Both the position numbers and the translations under genes were made by a program. Below are positions 24,518 to 36,679 of a stretch of DNA of 64,000 nucleotides, piece by piece. Source of the stretch: Moniliella sp. 'wahieum' (Eukaryota). How positions within the stretch are numbered: the stretch's first letter is position 1; each line of letters starts with the position of its first letter. The stretch lies in the NCBI GenBank assembly GCA_003971905.1, contig RSEE01000079.1, positions 186,001 through 250,000 on the forward strand, in the 5' to 3' direction. Below the pieces are notes generated by a model. That model worked only from the letters and a program-made list of their open reading frames with translations, did not search any database and was not told the DNA's origin.

Positions 24518-26874
24518 AGATAGTTTACCGCTCGGATGTATACCACACGTTCATCGAGTTCATCCGTATCCACATCCCTATACCTCGGGTCTGGGAACGG
24601 GTGGCGGGCACCAGAGAGTCCTGATCTCCTGATGGCGATTCCCCTGGTTCCTTAAACGGGGTTGGCGCTAACATGCAGCACCCTCTGGATGAACGGGTCG
24701 GTTTAAGCATAGACTTCTTTGTCCCTCAGTTACGGGGCGCTCCAGTTATGTCCGACATCATGCCCTGCATTTCGTAGAGCTCTCATCGAAGCACACGCCA
24801 GCTCCGCAAGACTAGTCAGTGAGAGTAAGCACGCGGCATCTTACACAATGCCCGGACACCTTTCTTTAAAGTTCCCCCCATCTTCTGTTTACGCCTGTCA
24901 TGAGGCCCAGGCGCGCATTGAAGAGGAGACACTGAGTGGCTCTATTATCGCAATATGGCTCAAGGCAGGGCTGCTACAACAGAACGCTGAGTTTTGTCTC
25001 CCAGGATCGCGCTCATATGGCCTGTGTTGCTAGTTCGTGCTAACCCAAACAGCAAGCCAATGGAGTCCCCAGCAGGTCAGGACCCTCTCGCTCTCGCCAT
25101 TCGCCCCCAAACCTGGTGTATCGCGGGAGTATTGGAATGATGTAGAACACCACAGAAAGCAGGCAATTGCTAGTTTTTGATACTGTAGAATAGAGATACT
25201 GCGTGGCAACACGGGCTAGCGACCAATCTCTCCTTTTTGGCCGTTCGTCATTGGCCCTCCCTTATTTCCCTTTGACTCGCTGCCCCTTTTTACTCTTTGT
25301 AGACCCGTTGGTCGTTCCCCTTCTCATCTCATCGTCCATAAAGCATATACCTGTTCTTATATCCCAATGTGATGGCCAAAAGCTGCCCACCAATGTCTTA
25401 TGTCCCCTCTCTCCCATTATTCTATACTAAGGCATTCCACTCTAGACGAACCGCCCTTTGAATCAGCTTGCTCACTCTTCTTCGCTCATTGGAGCCCCCC
25501 GCTTTCACGTTCGGTCCCTATTGATGTGCAACCTCATTTTTCCTGGACGCTTCCTAGTGGTTCTGCCCCGACGGTCAGCAATGCACTATCGCGACCCTCC
25601 TTTTCACGTTAAAATGTTCCTGTTGGACTTCCGTTGTGAAACATGTTCAGTCCTTCGTGAGTCTTTTGTCTCCGATTGGCAGGGAAGGTTACCGCCTGGA
25701 AGCCAACACAACCCCCTCACACTGTGAGATCTCTACAGAGGCTAGGAGAGAAGATGCTGGCCCTTCGGTAAATGGCTCGTCGGTTACGAATATCGGAAGG
25801 AATGCACGAGGTGAGAACCGGATTTTTGGCTAGTACTTAATGCCACTTTTCAGTGTGGCACCACAACCACACCGGCCCAAGGACAGCACGAACGGGTTTC
25901 TCTGCAATCTCTCGTCAAGCTCAATCCCTTAAGTTCCCTTCAAAACATTGCCATCAAAGTGGCCCAGTGGGGTGGGGGGGGGTCAGGAATCAGCCTCAAA
26001 CAGCTGTCCCGCAGCTGCTCAATACGGACCTTTTGTATCCGATCACTATAGGCTTTGGAGAGGTTGTTCACACTTTTAACTTGAAGGAAACAGGGATGGC
26101 AATGCCCGCGCGGTTGCTCTCACTACGTACGTAGAGTGGGATGAAGAGGAGACGAAACGTGGATAACAACAGAAAATATAAACAGGGACAGCAAAGGGGC
26201 GACTGTCGTCAACAAAAGGAAAATACGTAATAGGGTCGATGGCCGCTCGGGCCACCGGTCATGGTATGACCGCTTCGCGATGGTGGTTCTTGGTTGATGG
26301 ATTTGGGAGCGAGCTCTACTAATAGTGAATGAAGCATCGTGCCTTTGAGGTTAGATCGAATCCGGGGAGGCCCTTATAACATCATGCTCTTCTTCACATC
26401 AAACTGGCCACGCATGCATGACCCACGCGTCACGGCGCTACAGGATGCATTGCATGAGCACAGGTGCGTTGCACTACGGGCCCGTAATTGAGTCACCCGG
26501 TCACTTAACCCTTGACCAACTTGACCAGTCAGTCTCATCGGTTAACGTTCAGCGTAAGTCCACACGGTCAACGCCGTTCAATGACTCTGTGTTGTGCCAT
26601 GGAACATGACACTCTCCGATGAGCACAGTCTATACAGGAAATGTGGCCACAATCCATCACAGGGTTACAGAGAGGGGAAACGAGGTCACGAGTGAATAAG
26701 CGAAGAGAGCGGAACGATGGTGGAGAGACGGGTCACTGACTGCAAAGAAGGAGGATGACAGGAGAGGCGAGAGCTATAGTACAAACGCGCCTATTATAGT
26801 GTCAACTAAGTAGTGCCTGAGCCATGGCAGGCCATAATGGCACCAGACTATAGGCAAGCTATCCCCCCACGCCA

Positions 26875-28350
26875 CTGCAAGAGTACTGAGTATAAATAGA
26901 GGAGTAGTACTGTGTGAGTGCACGATGTGAGTACACTGAGTACCGACTACTGTTTGAGTACTTAGAGTACTGAGTGTAAGTAGTACTGTTGCGTGTGTTG
27001 AACGTTGAGAACGTTTTGAGTACACAACTAAAGGCGTACATTGTGTACTGAGTACTGAGTGTACTGACCTAGTGACCGGTGACCTGTGACCTGTATCTAC
27101 TGTCTGCTGCGGGGCGGAGTAGGGCGGAGTAGGCGTTATAGTAATGCTGGCCGAGTATGGCGGAGGACCAGCTTGTGCAAACTGAAAAGCTTGAAGAGAC
27201 AACAACCACCGGTTGATCATCGATCATCGATCATCGTTTAACGTTTAACGTTTAAAATTTAACGTTTAATTTAACGTTTACCGTGTTTATCGTTTAGATC
27301 TTACCGGTTACCGGTTACCTCTCGATTGGTCATGAATAGGTCAGTGGTCACCGGTCACCGGTGGCTTACACCTATCACCGGTCATTAATCATTAATCACT
27401 CCGGTCAGTGATAAGTGTTCACGTTAACGCGATTAACGATTGATTGACGCCGAGGCCGGCCGAGGTCCTGTGGATGTTTGACAAGTGAGAGTGAGGCCGG
27501 TACCAGTAAGGCCGTGAGGCGCGTGAGGCCTCAGCTGAGGCCTGAGGCCCTGAGGCTCAGGCCTGACCAGTGACTACTGACTAGCTCGCGATACGGGCAA
27601 TAGCGCGTTGGTAATGGGCAATGGGCCCGGGGACGCAACAGGGGTCGGTGTCCACGATGTTCAGAGGCATGATGTTCAGGTACACATACAGCACGGGGGC
27701 ATTGCTGAATGATATGAGTAGACGATCCGTGGGCTGCGTGATGCATATGATTGGCCCGCCCGTTATAGGAAGGGCCTGCTGTTCAAGGAGGAGACTGGGG
27801 GATGTTGTTTTGAGGAGAGGTACAGGAGGCTATGAGAAGGGTGGGCCACACGTTAAACGGTACGCGTTAAACGTTAACGGCGAATGTGGGTACAATTTGA
27901 AGCCAGCAAACCATAGTAGGTAGAGGGAGCACTGATCGCGATTTGTGGGCAACTGTAAAAGGGTCGGACAATACGAGTGAGACCAAGTACAAGGTATAGG
28001 CAAATGATGCACTGGTATAGACAGACGGAAACAGGGTCGGCGAAGTGCAGGAGAATATTTACCTGATTGGCTAAGAGGGCCGTGACAGCAACGTCTTCGC
28101 GCTTCACATTCACAGTACGTGTTACATGTTGTACGTGTCTGTCACACATATCACATGCAGTGATGGTGTGACATGTGCTTGTTACATGCGCTAGTGTACA
28201 CATTGTGACGGGGCAACGGTTCCAAGTGCTTTGGCGTACCCCAGCACGTGCCAACTCCTGGAAACACTCTCAGTATATTTAATAGTCACTAGTCCCCTCG
28301 CCCGGCGTGAACCTTAGGCCGCGTAGGCCTTACCGGTTACCGGTTACCCC
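26875..28350. repeat. Largest palindrome tract: successive blocks of AGTACT, ACCGGT, ATCGAT, AACGTT, ATTAAT, AGGCCT, ACATGT units
   Basis: gtactgagtactgagt, gatcatcgatcatcgatcatcg, tttaacgtttaacgttta, ttaccggttaccggttacc, cattaatcattaatca, ctgaggcctgaggcc. Confidence 0.9.
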
Positions 28351-28563
28351 GCTCGTCTTCATCCCCCCAAAAAGATGACTAGAGACTACTCCTATACGAT
28401 ACGCCACCACTTATTCCCTACATTCGTCCGTTGTGCACAGCCCGCTGGACTGCCGCCAGGGGACGCGGCCCTAGACTTGGACGAGGACCTCAAGCTCCGA
28501 CGTTGTGGCCGCATCATAATACTCACTCTCTCTGCCACACTTCCACCAGCCTGGACTTGAGAT

Positions 28564-31500
28564 ATGTCTTCATCCGCATCGGGTATACGGGCGCCCATCG
28601 ACGGTGTAGGACTCCTACGCCGACGCCGTCACCCCAATGCCCCTCCCCCACGCAGATCTGGGCAGATGTATCGGGTTGGGCAGCCCATCGGTTATTTTGC
28701 CGCACATGGTACGCCCTACCAGAAAAAGTATCTGACCAAGAAATTGGGCTTCTTCGTTCTTGTTTTCTTTCCTCCTACCGCCCTTGTCAGCTTAGTGATT
28801 GCTCTTGTCCCCGTCCTCTGGGCCATTGCAGACCACACTCTCAATGTCGTTCAATTGGCCATTGATCAGGCCAACCTGACCGCACTCGCCAACAACTCTT
28901 TTCCTCTCTCGCTCTCTGGACAGGTCCGTTGCAGTCCCCTTTTTGACTCCTTTTCTTGCGTAAATCAGACTCCGCCTGACCCCTAAGAAACAGAGTATTA
29001 AGGCTGGCATTTTCCCAGCCTCGTTGTACTTCCGCGAGCCGCTAGATGTCTACTGGATGTCCCCACCCCCGGAAATGAAGGAGCTACACCTGGGAAGCTT
29101 CCCACTGGGGCGTGTGAGTGTCGACAGTGGCCACGGCCAGGTGCTTCAATCCACGCCGTTTACGATTGCTAATGAGGAAGCGTTTGGTCAATTTACCGAG
29201 TTCCTCGTCACCCAGCCGCGGTTTACCTGGAACCTCGTATGTAACAACACCCATGTTGAGGCTCTTGGCTTCTTGCCAACGTACAAGAACTACAAGTTCC
29301 AAAAACACGTCAATTTCAACGGCTTTGACAACTTCCATGACGTTCAGCTGCTGGACTTTCAGTTGCCAGGTAACGACCCTTTGGACGGCATAACGTTCCA
29401 AGCCCTGACCACCTTGATTAACCCATCGCCTTTCTCGGTGCAGCTAGGATACCTCAATTTGGATCTCTACTACAAGGGCCACTACATGGGCCCAGGCGCC
29501 AGTGCTGAACCGGTTAACATTACCTCTGGTCACAATACTATCCTTCTCACAGGTCGATTACTGCCTTACAACACCAACCAGACCGCTCTTGACATCACCA
29601 GCGATATTTTTACGAAATATGTCAATGGCGAACTCGTCCCTGTGGTGGCCAAGGGTGTCTCGGCGACACAAACAAATGGGGACGTGATCTCGTGGCTAAC
29701 AAAGGGTATCAAGGCGCTGACGATCAACGTTCCGCTGCAAACCCAGCCCCTCGGCCCCATCAAATCCATTGAGATTGACGAATTCAGCATCATCTTTTCA
29801 GAAGACTCTCCTTGGCAACCGTTGGCCTTCTCTGACAACCTTAAAGCGATGATCGGTCTACCTTTTGGGTTCCAGCTCAACATTGTCGACACACAAGACA
29901 TGATCAAGCTGATGTATAACAACTCGGTTGTCGGTGTGGTGGAGGGTACCTACTCCAATTCGACTCTAAGTTTGAACGTGGTAAATGCCGGTTCAACGGC
30001 GGGGACCTTAGCCTTGACCTTACCTCCCTCACCTTTGGCGCTAGGGGGTAACCAGACGCAGCAGGATTTATGGACCCAGTACCAGGATGTGTTGGTATTT
30101 GGTGTGAACACCTCCACTCGTCTTGCTGGTGTCTCTCACGCCTTGACCGATACTCCCGTTGGGCGCATCCTCCTCTCTCCTATCAACTTTGACGTCGAGT
30201 CCGGACTGACGGGGCTCCAGGGACTGAACAAGTACCCAACTGTGATCAGTGCTGTGGATCTGACAGGGGGTACGACGGATGCACTGCTACTCTCAATTCA
30301 GACCACCATCATCAACCCCTCGAACCTGAACCTCACCACCGGCACGGTCAACTTCCAATTGGTCAACGACGTGGTTTTGGGAACGGTAACGATGCCCAAT
30401 CTGCACCTCGACTTGGGGGAGAACAATGTGACAGCACAGGCCGTCTTTAATCCTCGGGCAGGCCTAATGATCCTGGTGACCCAGCGACGTCCTAAGTGCA
30501 GTTATGCAATGGCAGAGAGAAGACAGGAGCTGGGTTGAACCCAGACTGAGGATCAGAAGAAGGAGAAGAAGGAGAAGAAAGGAGAGCGGCACTAGGCCAG
30601 GGGATAGGGATACTGGTGTGGTGCCCGGATGAGTAAGATGGTCAGGAGTGCCGCGGAGGTGGCTGACCCATAGGACCCTGGTCAACAAGGCCCGACAGGC
30701 CAAGTTACTCTTAACCGCTTCGTATCGGGGCAGGACACCTTGCTTTACATCAACGGGTATAACGGCTCCTCATCCATTACCTCACTTAATCCTTCGCTCG
30801 AAAAGATTCGGATCAACACCATTCTCCTGGCCTGAAGCAAACATTGGTATCAAAAGCGCAGCTCCAAGTGCTCAACACTACAGGCATTGTCAACGACACG
30901 GCAGATGCCGTGGTTTCCCTCGCCAACCCGTTCAGTACCGACTTGACCATTACTCACATTTCTTCGGACGTCTTCGCATACAGGATCAATTTGGCTAAAA
31001 TCGATTATTCGCTCAACTTCCCAGCCATGGCGAACGCCACTACGCTCTCACCGACCATCCCACTCACTTTAAATCTCAATCCCCCCGATATCTTTGGGGC
31101 GGTGAGGGCTTATGCTCAAATGGCCGGACTTGATCCAGGATTCATCGATGGAATCTGTGCTGTGGGGGGGTACAATCTCACTCCGACAGTAGATATGCCA
31201 CCACCGCCGGTAGCACACCTTTCAGTGGGGGGGGCGAATAAAAGGGATGTGGCGAGCGACGGAGTGGAGTGTTGCATGACGGAGGAAGAGGATGCGCTGA
31301 AGCATGATGGATTGGACAAGCGTGGCCTCCAAGTGAATCGCCATCAGAAGCGCAACATGTTTCATGACTTCAACCTCACCAGTTATGTGGGTGAGGCGTT
31401 TGCGCATGCGCTCAGCAACCTATCTGTGGTGGCCAACACAACGGTCGGTGACTACGCTACCTCCTTGTCGATGGCTCAACTCAATGTTCCGCTAGCGACG

Positions 31501-34500
31501 GACAATACGCTCTTCTACCTTCTCCCCGTTCTCGCCCAGCCGATTGTTCAGCGGATTGTGGACAAGGCACTCCTCGCGATCGATACGGTCACAGTCCTCA
31601 ATCCTCAAGAGACGACGTTTGGGGTGCAAATGCAAGGCACCATCACAGAGGCTGGGCCGTTTGACGGTCTGGTTCACTTTCCCCAGGGGATGCAGGTCAA
31701 CTACGAGGGCCGACTGTTGGGCCAGATTGCGTTCCCAGACATCACCTTGGTTGGGGATGTGGGAGCGACGATTAATGTAACGACAGTATTCCAAGTGGCC
31801 AACGTGACGTTTATGGAGGAATTTACCAAGGCGGCGCTTACCGGCCCTTCTTTCGCGTAGGACATCACAGCTGGAGGGATCGTGGTGGATGCGCTTGGTA
31901 TTTCGGTGCCTAACATTACCCTGTCCAAGAAGGTTGTGCTCACTGGCTTCAATGGTCTAAAGGGAGAGGTCCAGATCAACTCATTTGACTTGCCAGGGAA
32001 CGATCCACAAGGAGGGATTCATCCGTCAGCACTCTCATCAACAACCCCTCCCAGTTGGGTATGGAACTGTCTACTTTTGGGGTGGACGTGGTAGGGAACA
32101 ATACATTGCTGGGTCCTGCCGCAGCCGCCAACACCTTCACATTGGCCGCACTCGCCCAAACGCCTCTCAATCTCTCTGGCCAGTTGCTTCAGCAATCCAC
32201 GAGTGCAGGACAAGCTGTACTTAGCACTGTGTTTACCAATTTTGTGCATGACATCCCAACGGCCCTGATTGTTAACGGTGACCATGCTGGGCCAGCCAAT
32301 GTGTCCTGGCTCAACAACGCAATCAAGGTGCTTAATATTCCGGTCACGCTTCCCGCTGCAAGATTCGGCGTCATCCGTGGTGTCACGCTCAATCAGCTTT
32401 CTTTAGGGTTCATGCCCTCCTCAGCCTGGAGCCCTGCCGCCAGTAGTGTCAACACCACGGCCCCTGTTTACCTCCCGTTCGCTTTCCCCATCAACATCAC
32501 CCAAATTCAGGGGCGATTCATTGCCAACTATGGGTCAGGCGATGCGGCGGTCCTCGACATCCCTCCCTCCTCTGCAAAGACGGATGTGAATGCGTGTGCT
32601 CACGCTCGGGTTCGATAATGTCCCTTTGTTTCTTCGGGACCGTCTCACCCCATCTTTAGCCACTTTCTTGCCGATGCCACCTTGCAACCTCAGGTGGACT
32701 TCGGACTTCATGGAGCAGCAACTGCTTTGGCGGGACAGCGGCGGGTGTGGTAACCATTACGGACATTCCATTTGCAGTGAATACGTCCATTTTGGGCTTG
32801 CAGGGCTTTAATGCCCATCCAGCCAATGTGACGATCTGGACGTCTTCCACGGCTACCCCTCCTATCTCCAGATCAACCTCAACACCCACCTCTTCAACCC
32901 ATCGGACATCACCATTAGCACAGGCGATGTGCAGTTCCAAGTTCTATACAACGACCACCCTGTCGGTCCGGCAGCAATCCAGAATCTGGTAGCTGTGCCG
33001 ATGGAGAACATTGTCCCCACCGCCTTGCATTATTCCCCTCAGGGAGCCGCGAATGTGCAAGCGGGGCAAACTGTACTCAACAACTATGTGGGCAATGTGA
33101 CCACAGTGGCTGTGGTGGCAGGATATGACAACTCAACTCAGGTACCTTCCCTCGCCCAAGCCCTGCAAGGTATCCGCCTAACCACAAGATCCCTCCGCTC
33201 GGGAAGCTGCTGATCACCGAAGGGAACCTCACTGTTCCGCGCAACATTGATGCCGACAACACGACGTTTGTTATGGTCACGATTGCCAATCCCTTCACCG
33301 CAGCGTTGAATATCAAATCAATCGTAGCGGCTCCTGGTACGTCCCTCTCTTATTGTTGTGTGCCGTAACAATAATGACTAGGGACTGACGGCATTCGCGG
33401 GTATCGAAGTGTACAATAACTTGACATTGGGCTCCATCAACGCGGATTTGTCGCCTGTCATTCATGCACCTGGGCACACTACTACAGTCAGCCAGGCCAT
33501 TCCTATGGCGCTCAATACGAACCCCAAAATACTCGTTAGCCTGCTTTTGCAACTGGCTCAGGCAAGCGGGACGTCGCTCGGACCTTGGCCTCCCTTCCTT
33601 CAGCGCATCATTGATTTACCCGGGAATGCCTCGACGCAAGTCAAGGGTATGCCGGGGGAGACGAAAGCTCTTGTCCCGCTAATGGGGCATTTGATCTACA
33701 AGGAGCCATGCTCCAAGCTCTTAAGGGGCTGGCAGTCACCATCCCCATCGTGACGGATGTCGATATCGATGAGTATGGTGTGACTCTTAACTTCAGCCAG
33801 GCCCCTGTTCCGATTCACACGGACGAATCGGCACTTTACCTTCTTGCACCGGCGGGAGCTCCGTTGATCCAGCAGATTGTTGATCAGGCCGTATTGAGCT
33901 TTGCCCAAGGTAACATTACCCACGTTACCGACGACGGACTCAACGTGGACCTACGTGGAGAGCTTCTGACCGATGCACCAACCAATGCGTTGATCACTTT
34001 CCCTGTCCCATTGAGATTCGATGGAATGGCTCATTCATTGCGACCATCAGTCTACCTCCCATCTGCACGATACCTGGGAAGGGTGTGCCCAATTTGCTCA
34101 TCTCGGGTCAAGTGAATATCACGGATCAAGCTGCATTCACCGCCTTTGCCCAGTACATTCTCCACGATCCTCATTTACCTGGGAGATCAGCAGCTCCCAA
34201 GTGAATGTCTTGGCTCTGGGGATCACCTTCTCGGAGGTGAACCTGGTCAAAAACGTGACATTCCAGGCGTTCAATGGCCTCCCTGGTGTGGCCACCACCA
34301 CCTTTGACATTCCCGGCGAGGGATCCGACTACCTCTCCATCTCAGTTGGGGCGAATATCCCGTCGCCAGCAACGATGGGCATCGAGCTCAATACCGCCAA
34401 ATTCAACCTCTTCTTCCAAGGAACCGAGTGGGTTCCGCTCAAGCCGATGGACTTTCCTTAGCTCCCGTGGCTGTAACCTCGACGGTGCTGAATGGGCAGC

Positions 34501-36384
34501 TGGTGCGGCAGACATCCCAGACGGGGCTGAATAACCTCGGGGTGTTATTCTCTGAATTCCTACAGGGAAACAATCTGAGTCTAGTGGTACAAGGAGTGGA
34601 GTGGACACTCCTTATCAAACGGGAGGTGGGCTGGTTATCCGATGCCTTCTCCACCCTACAGCTCAATGTGACGCTGGTGGGAAAGGCATATGAGGTTATT
34701 TTTGCGGTGACGCTGTTGGACTTGGAGTTGGACTTATCGGGGGACCCGGCCACCGTATCCTACAACATCCCCGCTTCAAGCAAGGATACGTTGGCCATGT
34801 ACGCCAATCCATTCCATTTCACCCTGGCTCCGACCCAAGTCAGTGCGGCTATCACGATCATGTTTGAAAATGTCGCCGCAGCTCAGCTCAACCTGCCCAT
34901 GAGGGATGTGGGAGGAGGTGTCTACGGAGCCAGAGCACCACTCTCCCTTGGTTCTCACTTTCCAAGATGAAAGCCTCTTGTCTCTCAACAACGCACAATT
35001 TGACAAATTTGTCGCTGCGGCTGCGGACACACCCGAGTTGGACCTCCAGTTGGTTGGGCAGGCAGTCGTACGCGCAACACGCTCATTGGGACCATCGAGA
35101 TCACCAACATCACCATCAATGTGCCCTCCTCACTCAAGGGCATCAATTCATTCAACCACCAAGCCCCCTTGTCTGGGGTGAGCATTGCGGGGTCCACCCC
35201 CGAGTATCTTATTGTTACTCTTACCGTTACATTGCCCAACCCGAGTAACATATCGATCTTAACGCGCGACCTCTATCTGCCCATGTTTTACCGGGGAAGG
35301 ACGTGGGCCGGGCGTTCCTGCCTAGCTGAACCTACTCCCGGGAGACAACGCCGCTCCGGTTCGGTTTTACTATGAGCCCAGCAACCCGCCGATCCGATTG
35401 CGCTTGATTTGATCCGGCAGTACTTGGGGCCAGCAAACAATGGTACGGGAGGGGGAGCCGTACTCACCATGACCCCCATTAAGGTGGGGGGGTGCCCACA
35501 GAAAATCTCTACCCTGCATCTCCCTATGACTCGCTGGTGCCGGCATTGTATGGGCTTGATATGCCCACCGTTCTTCCGGAGCAGGGGCAAGGTTGGTGCT
35601 GGAGCTGGATTTGACTATCCCTGTCTTGCCGGCTTTGTTTAACAGCAAGGGGCAGGCACAGCTGTCTATCCACAATCCGCTCGCCGCCGCCTTGACGGTC
35701 GAGCGCATCTCCGCATTGGTTTGGAAAGCTGGCTCGGAAGGGGAAGGTGATCCATCCCTTATCCGCGCCACCGTGGATCATGATATCATTCCCCCGTCCA
35801 GGTGAATCCAGGCGAAACGGGCCGCATCCCCGTGACGTTTACCATGACCCGCGGCTTGCTTTCTCTCTCGACTTACTCACTCAGCCTCTCTCCATCGAAG
35901 CGACGATCAAGGCGGAAATTGAGGGAGGATATGTGATCCCCTCCCTGTCTTACACCGAGTACGCCCCCCCCCACTTCCAAACCCTCTCCGCTTGACATAT
36001 TCTACCGTGTATACTAACACTTTGGACAGGTATGACATCTACACCACCTACCTCGCCACCGTCTTGGACATTCCGATCAACATCACCACAATTGTCGGCG
36101 ATCTTCTGCCTACCATCCTGGCTGTGCTTAGTCCGGAACAAGTGACCAATTCCCTGTTGCCGACACTGCAGCGCATGCCCGTGAACGAGGTGCAGATGAT
36201 GGCCCAATCACTCAACACCAATGATCCCATCGTGCAATTTGCATGCAATGCTGTGCCCATCCTCAAGGGCCTACCCGTGTGTCAGCCGGCGATGGGATTG
36301 CACCTTCGCGACTTGCAGAAGAGGGTCGAGGAAGCTCGATTCGTCATGCCGCCTCTTCCACCTCCAGCCCCTCTGATCGCCTGA
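28564..36384 (+). CDS. Very large single-pass membrane protein with repeated DUF3712 (Tag1/LEA2-like) domains; interrupted by an insertion at 30465-30687
   Basis: N-terminal TM helix (FFVLVFFPPTALVSLVIALVPVLW). Repeated motifs DFQLPGNDP..GI / SFDLPGNDPQGGI / FDIPG and NPSxxxxxxGxxxF; many N-glycosylation sequons; intron ~28924-28987; start approximate. Confidence 0.75.
30465..30687 (-). mobile_element. 223-bp solo-LTR-like insertion with 5-bp TSD AGGCC inside a coding exon
   Basis: AGGCC at 30460-30464 and 30688-30692; minus strand starts TGTTGA; removing the insertion restores the frame FNPRAG-PTGQVTLNRFVSGQDT. Confidence 0.85.
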
Positions 36385-36679
36385 ACTGTTCCTGCCCCCT
36401 GTGCCCGCCGATTGTGACCAACAATGGGTGCATTGTCTCCATTGCGTTGCTATATACGTTTTTTATTCCTTCCTTTTCATGCCATTTTCACAGTTCCCGT
36501 TACTCAGCCAAACCTATACTCTTCTAGTGCCTCCAGTGTAAACCAATTGAGATGCCATTGCTCGAATTGATGCGAATTTTGTTTATCCTTCTGTTGACGC
36601 TTTATATGTTGATGGCTTTGGGAGATGCGAAACAAGTCGATGAAGATAAATGTCAATGTCGACATTCAGTACTAGTAGT

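Noticed and set aside
26238..26290. Stem-loop cluster (cggtcat-ggt-atgaccg) as an ncRNA
   Set aside because: The stems are short, there is no second copy and no recognisable RNA family motif, and such stems are expected by chance in palindrome-rich DNA.
26875..28350. Palindrome tracts as a CRISPR array, a synthetic polylinker or telomeric repeats
   Set aside because: There is no constant repeat with unique spacers and no single unit. The restriction-site look follows from 6-bp palindromy, and the tracts are degenerate and dispersed among native fungal genes.
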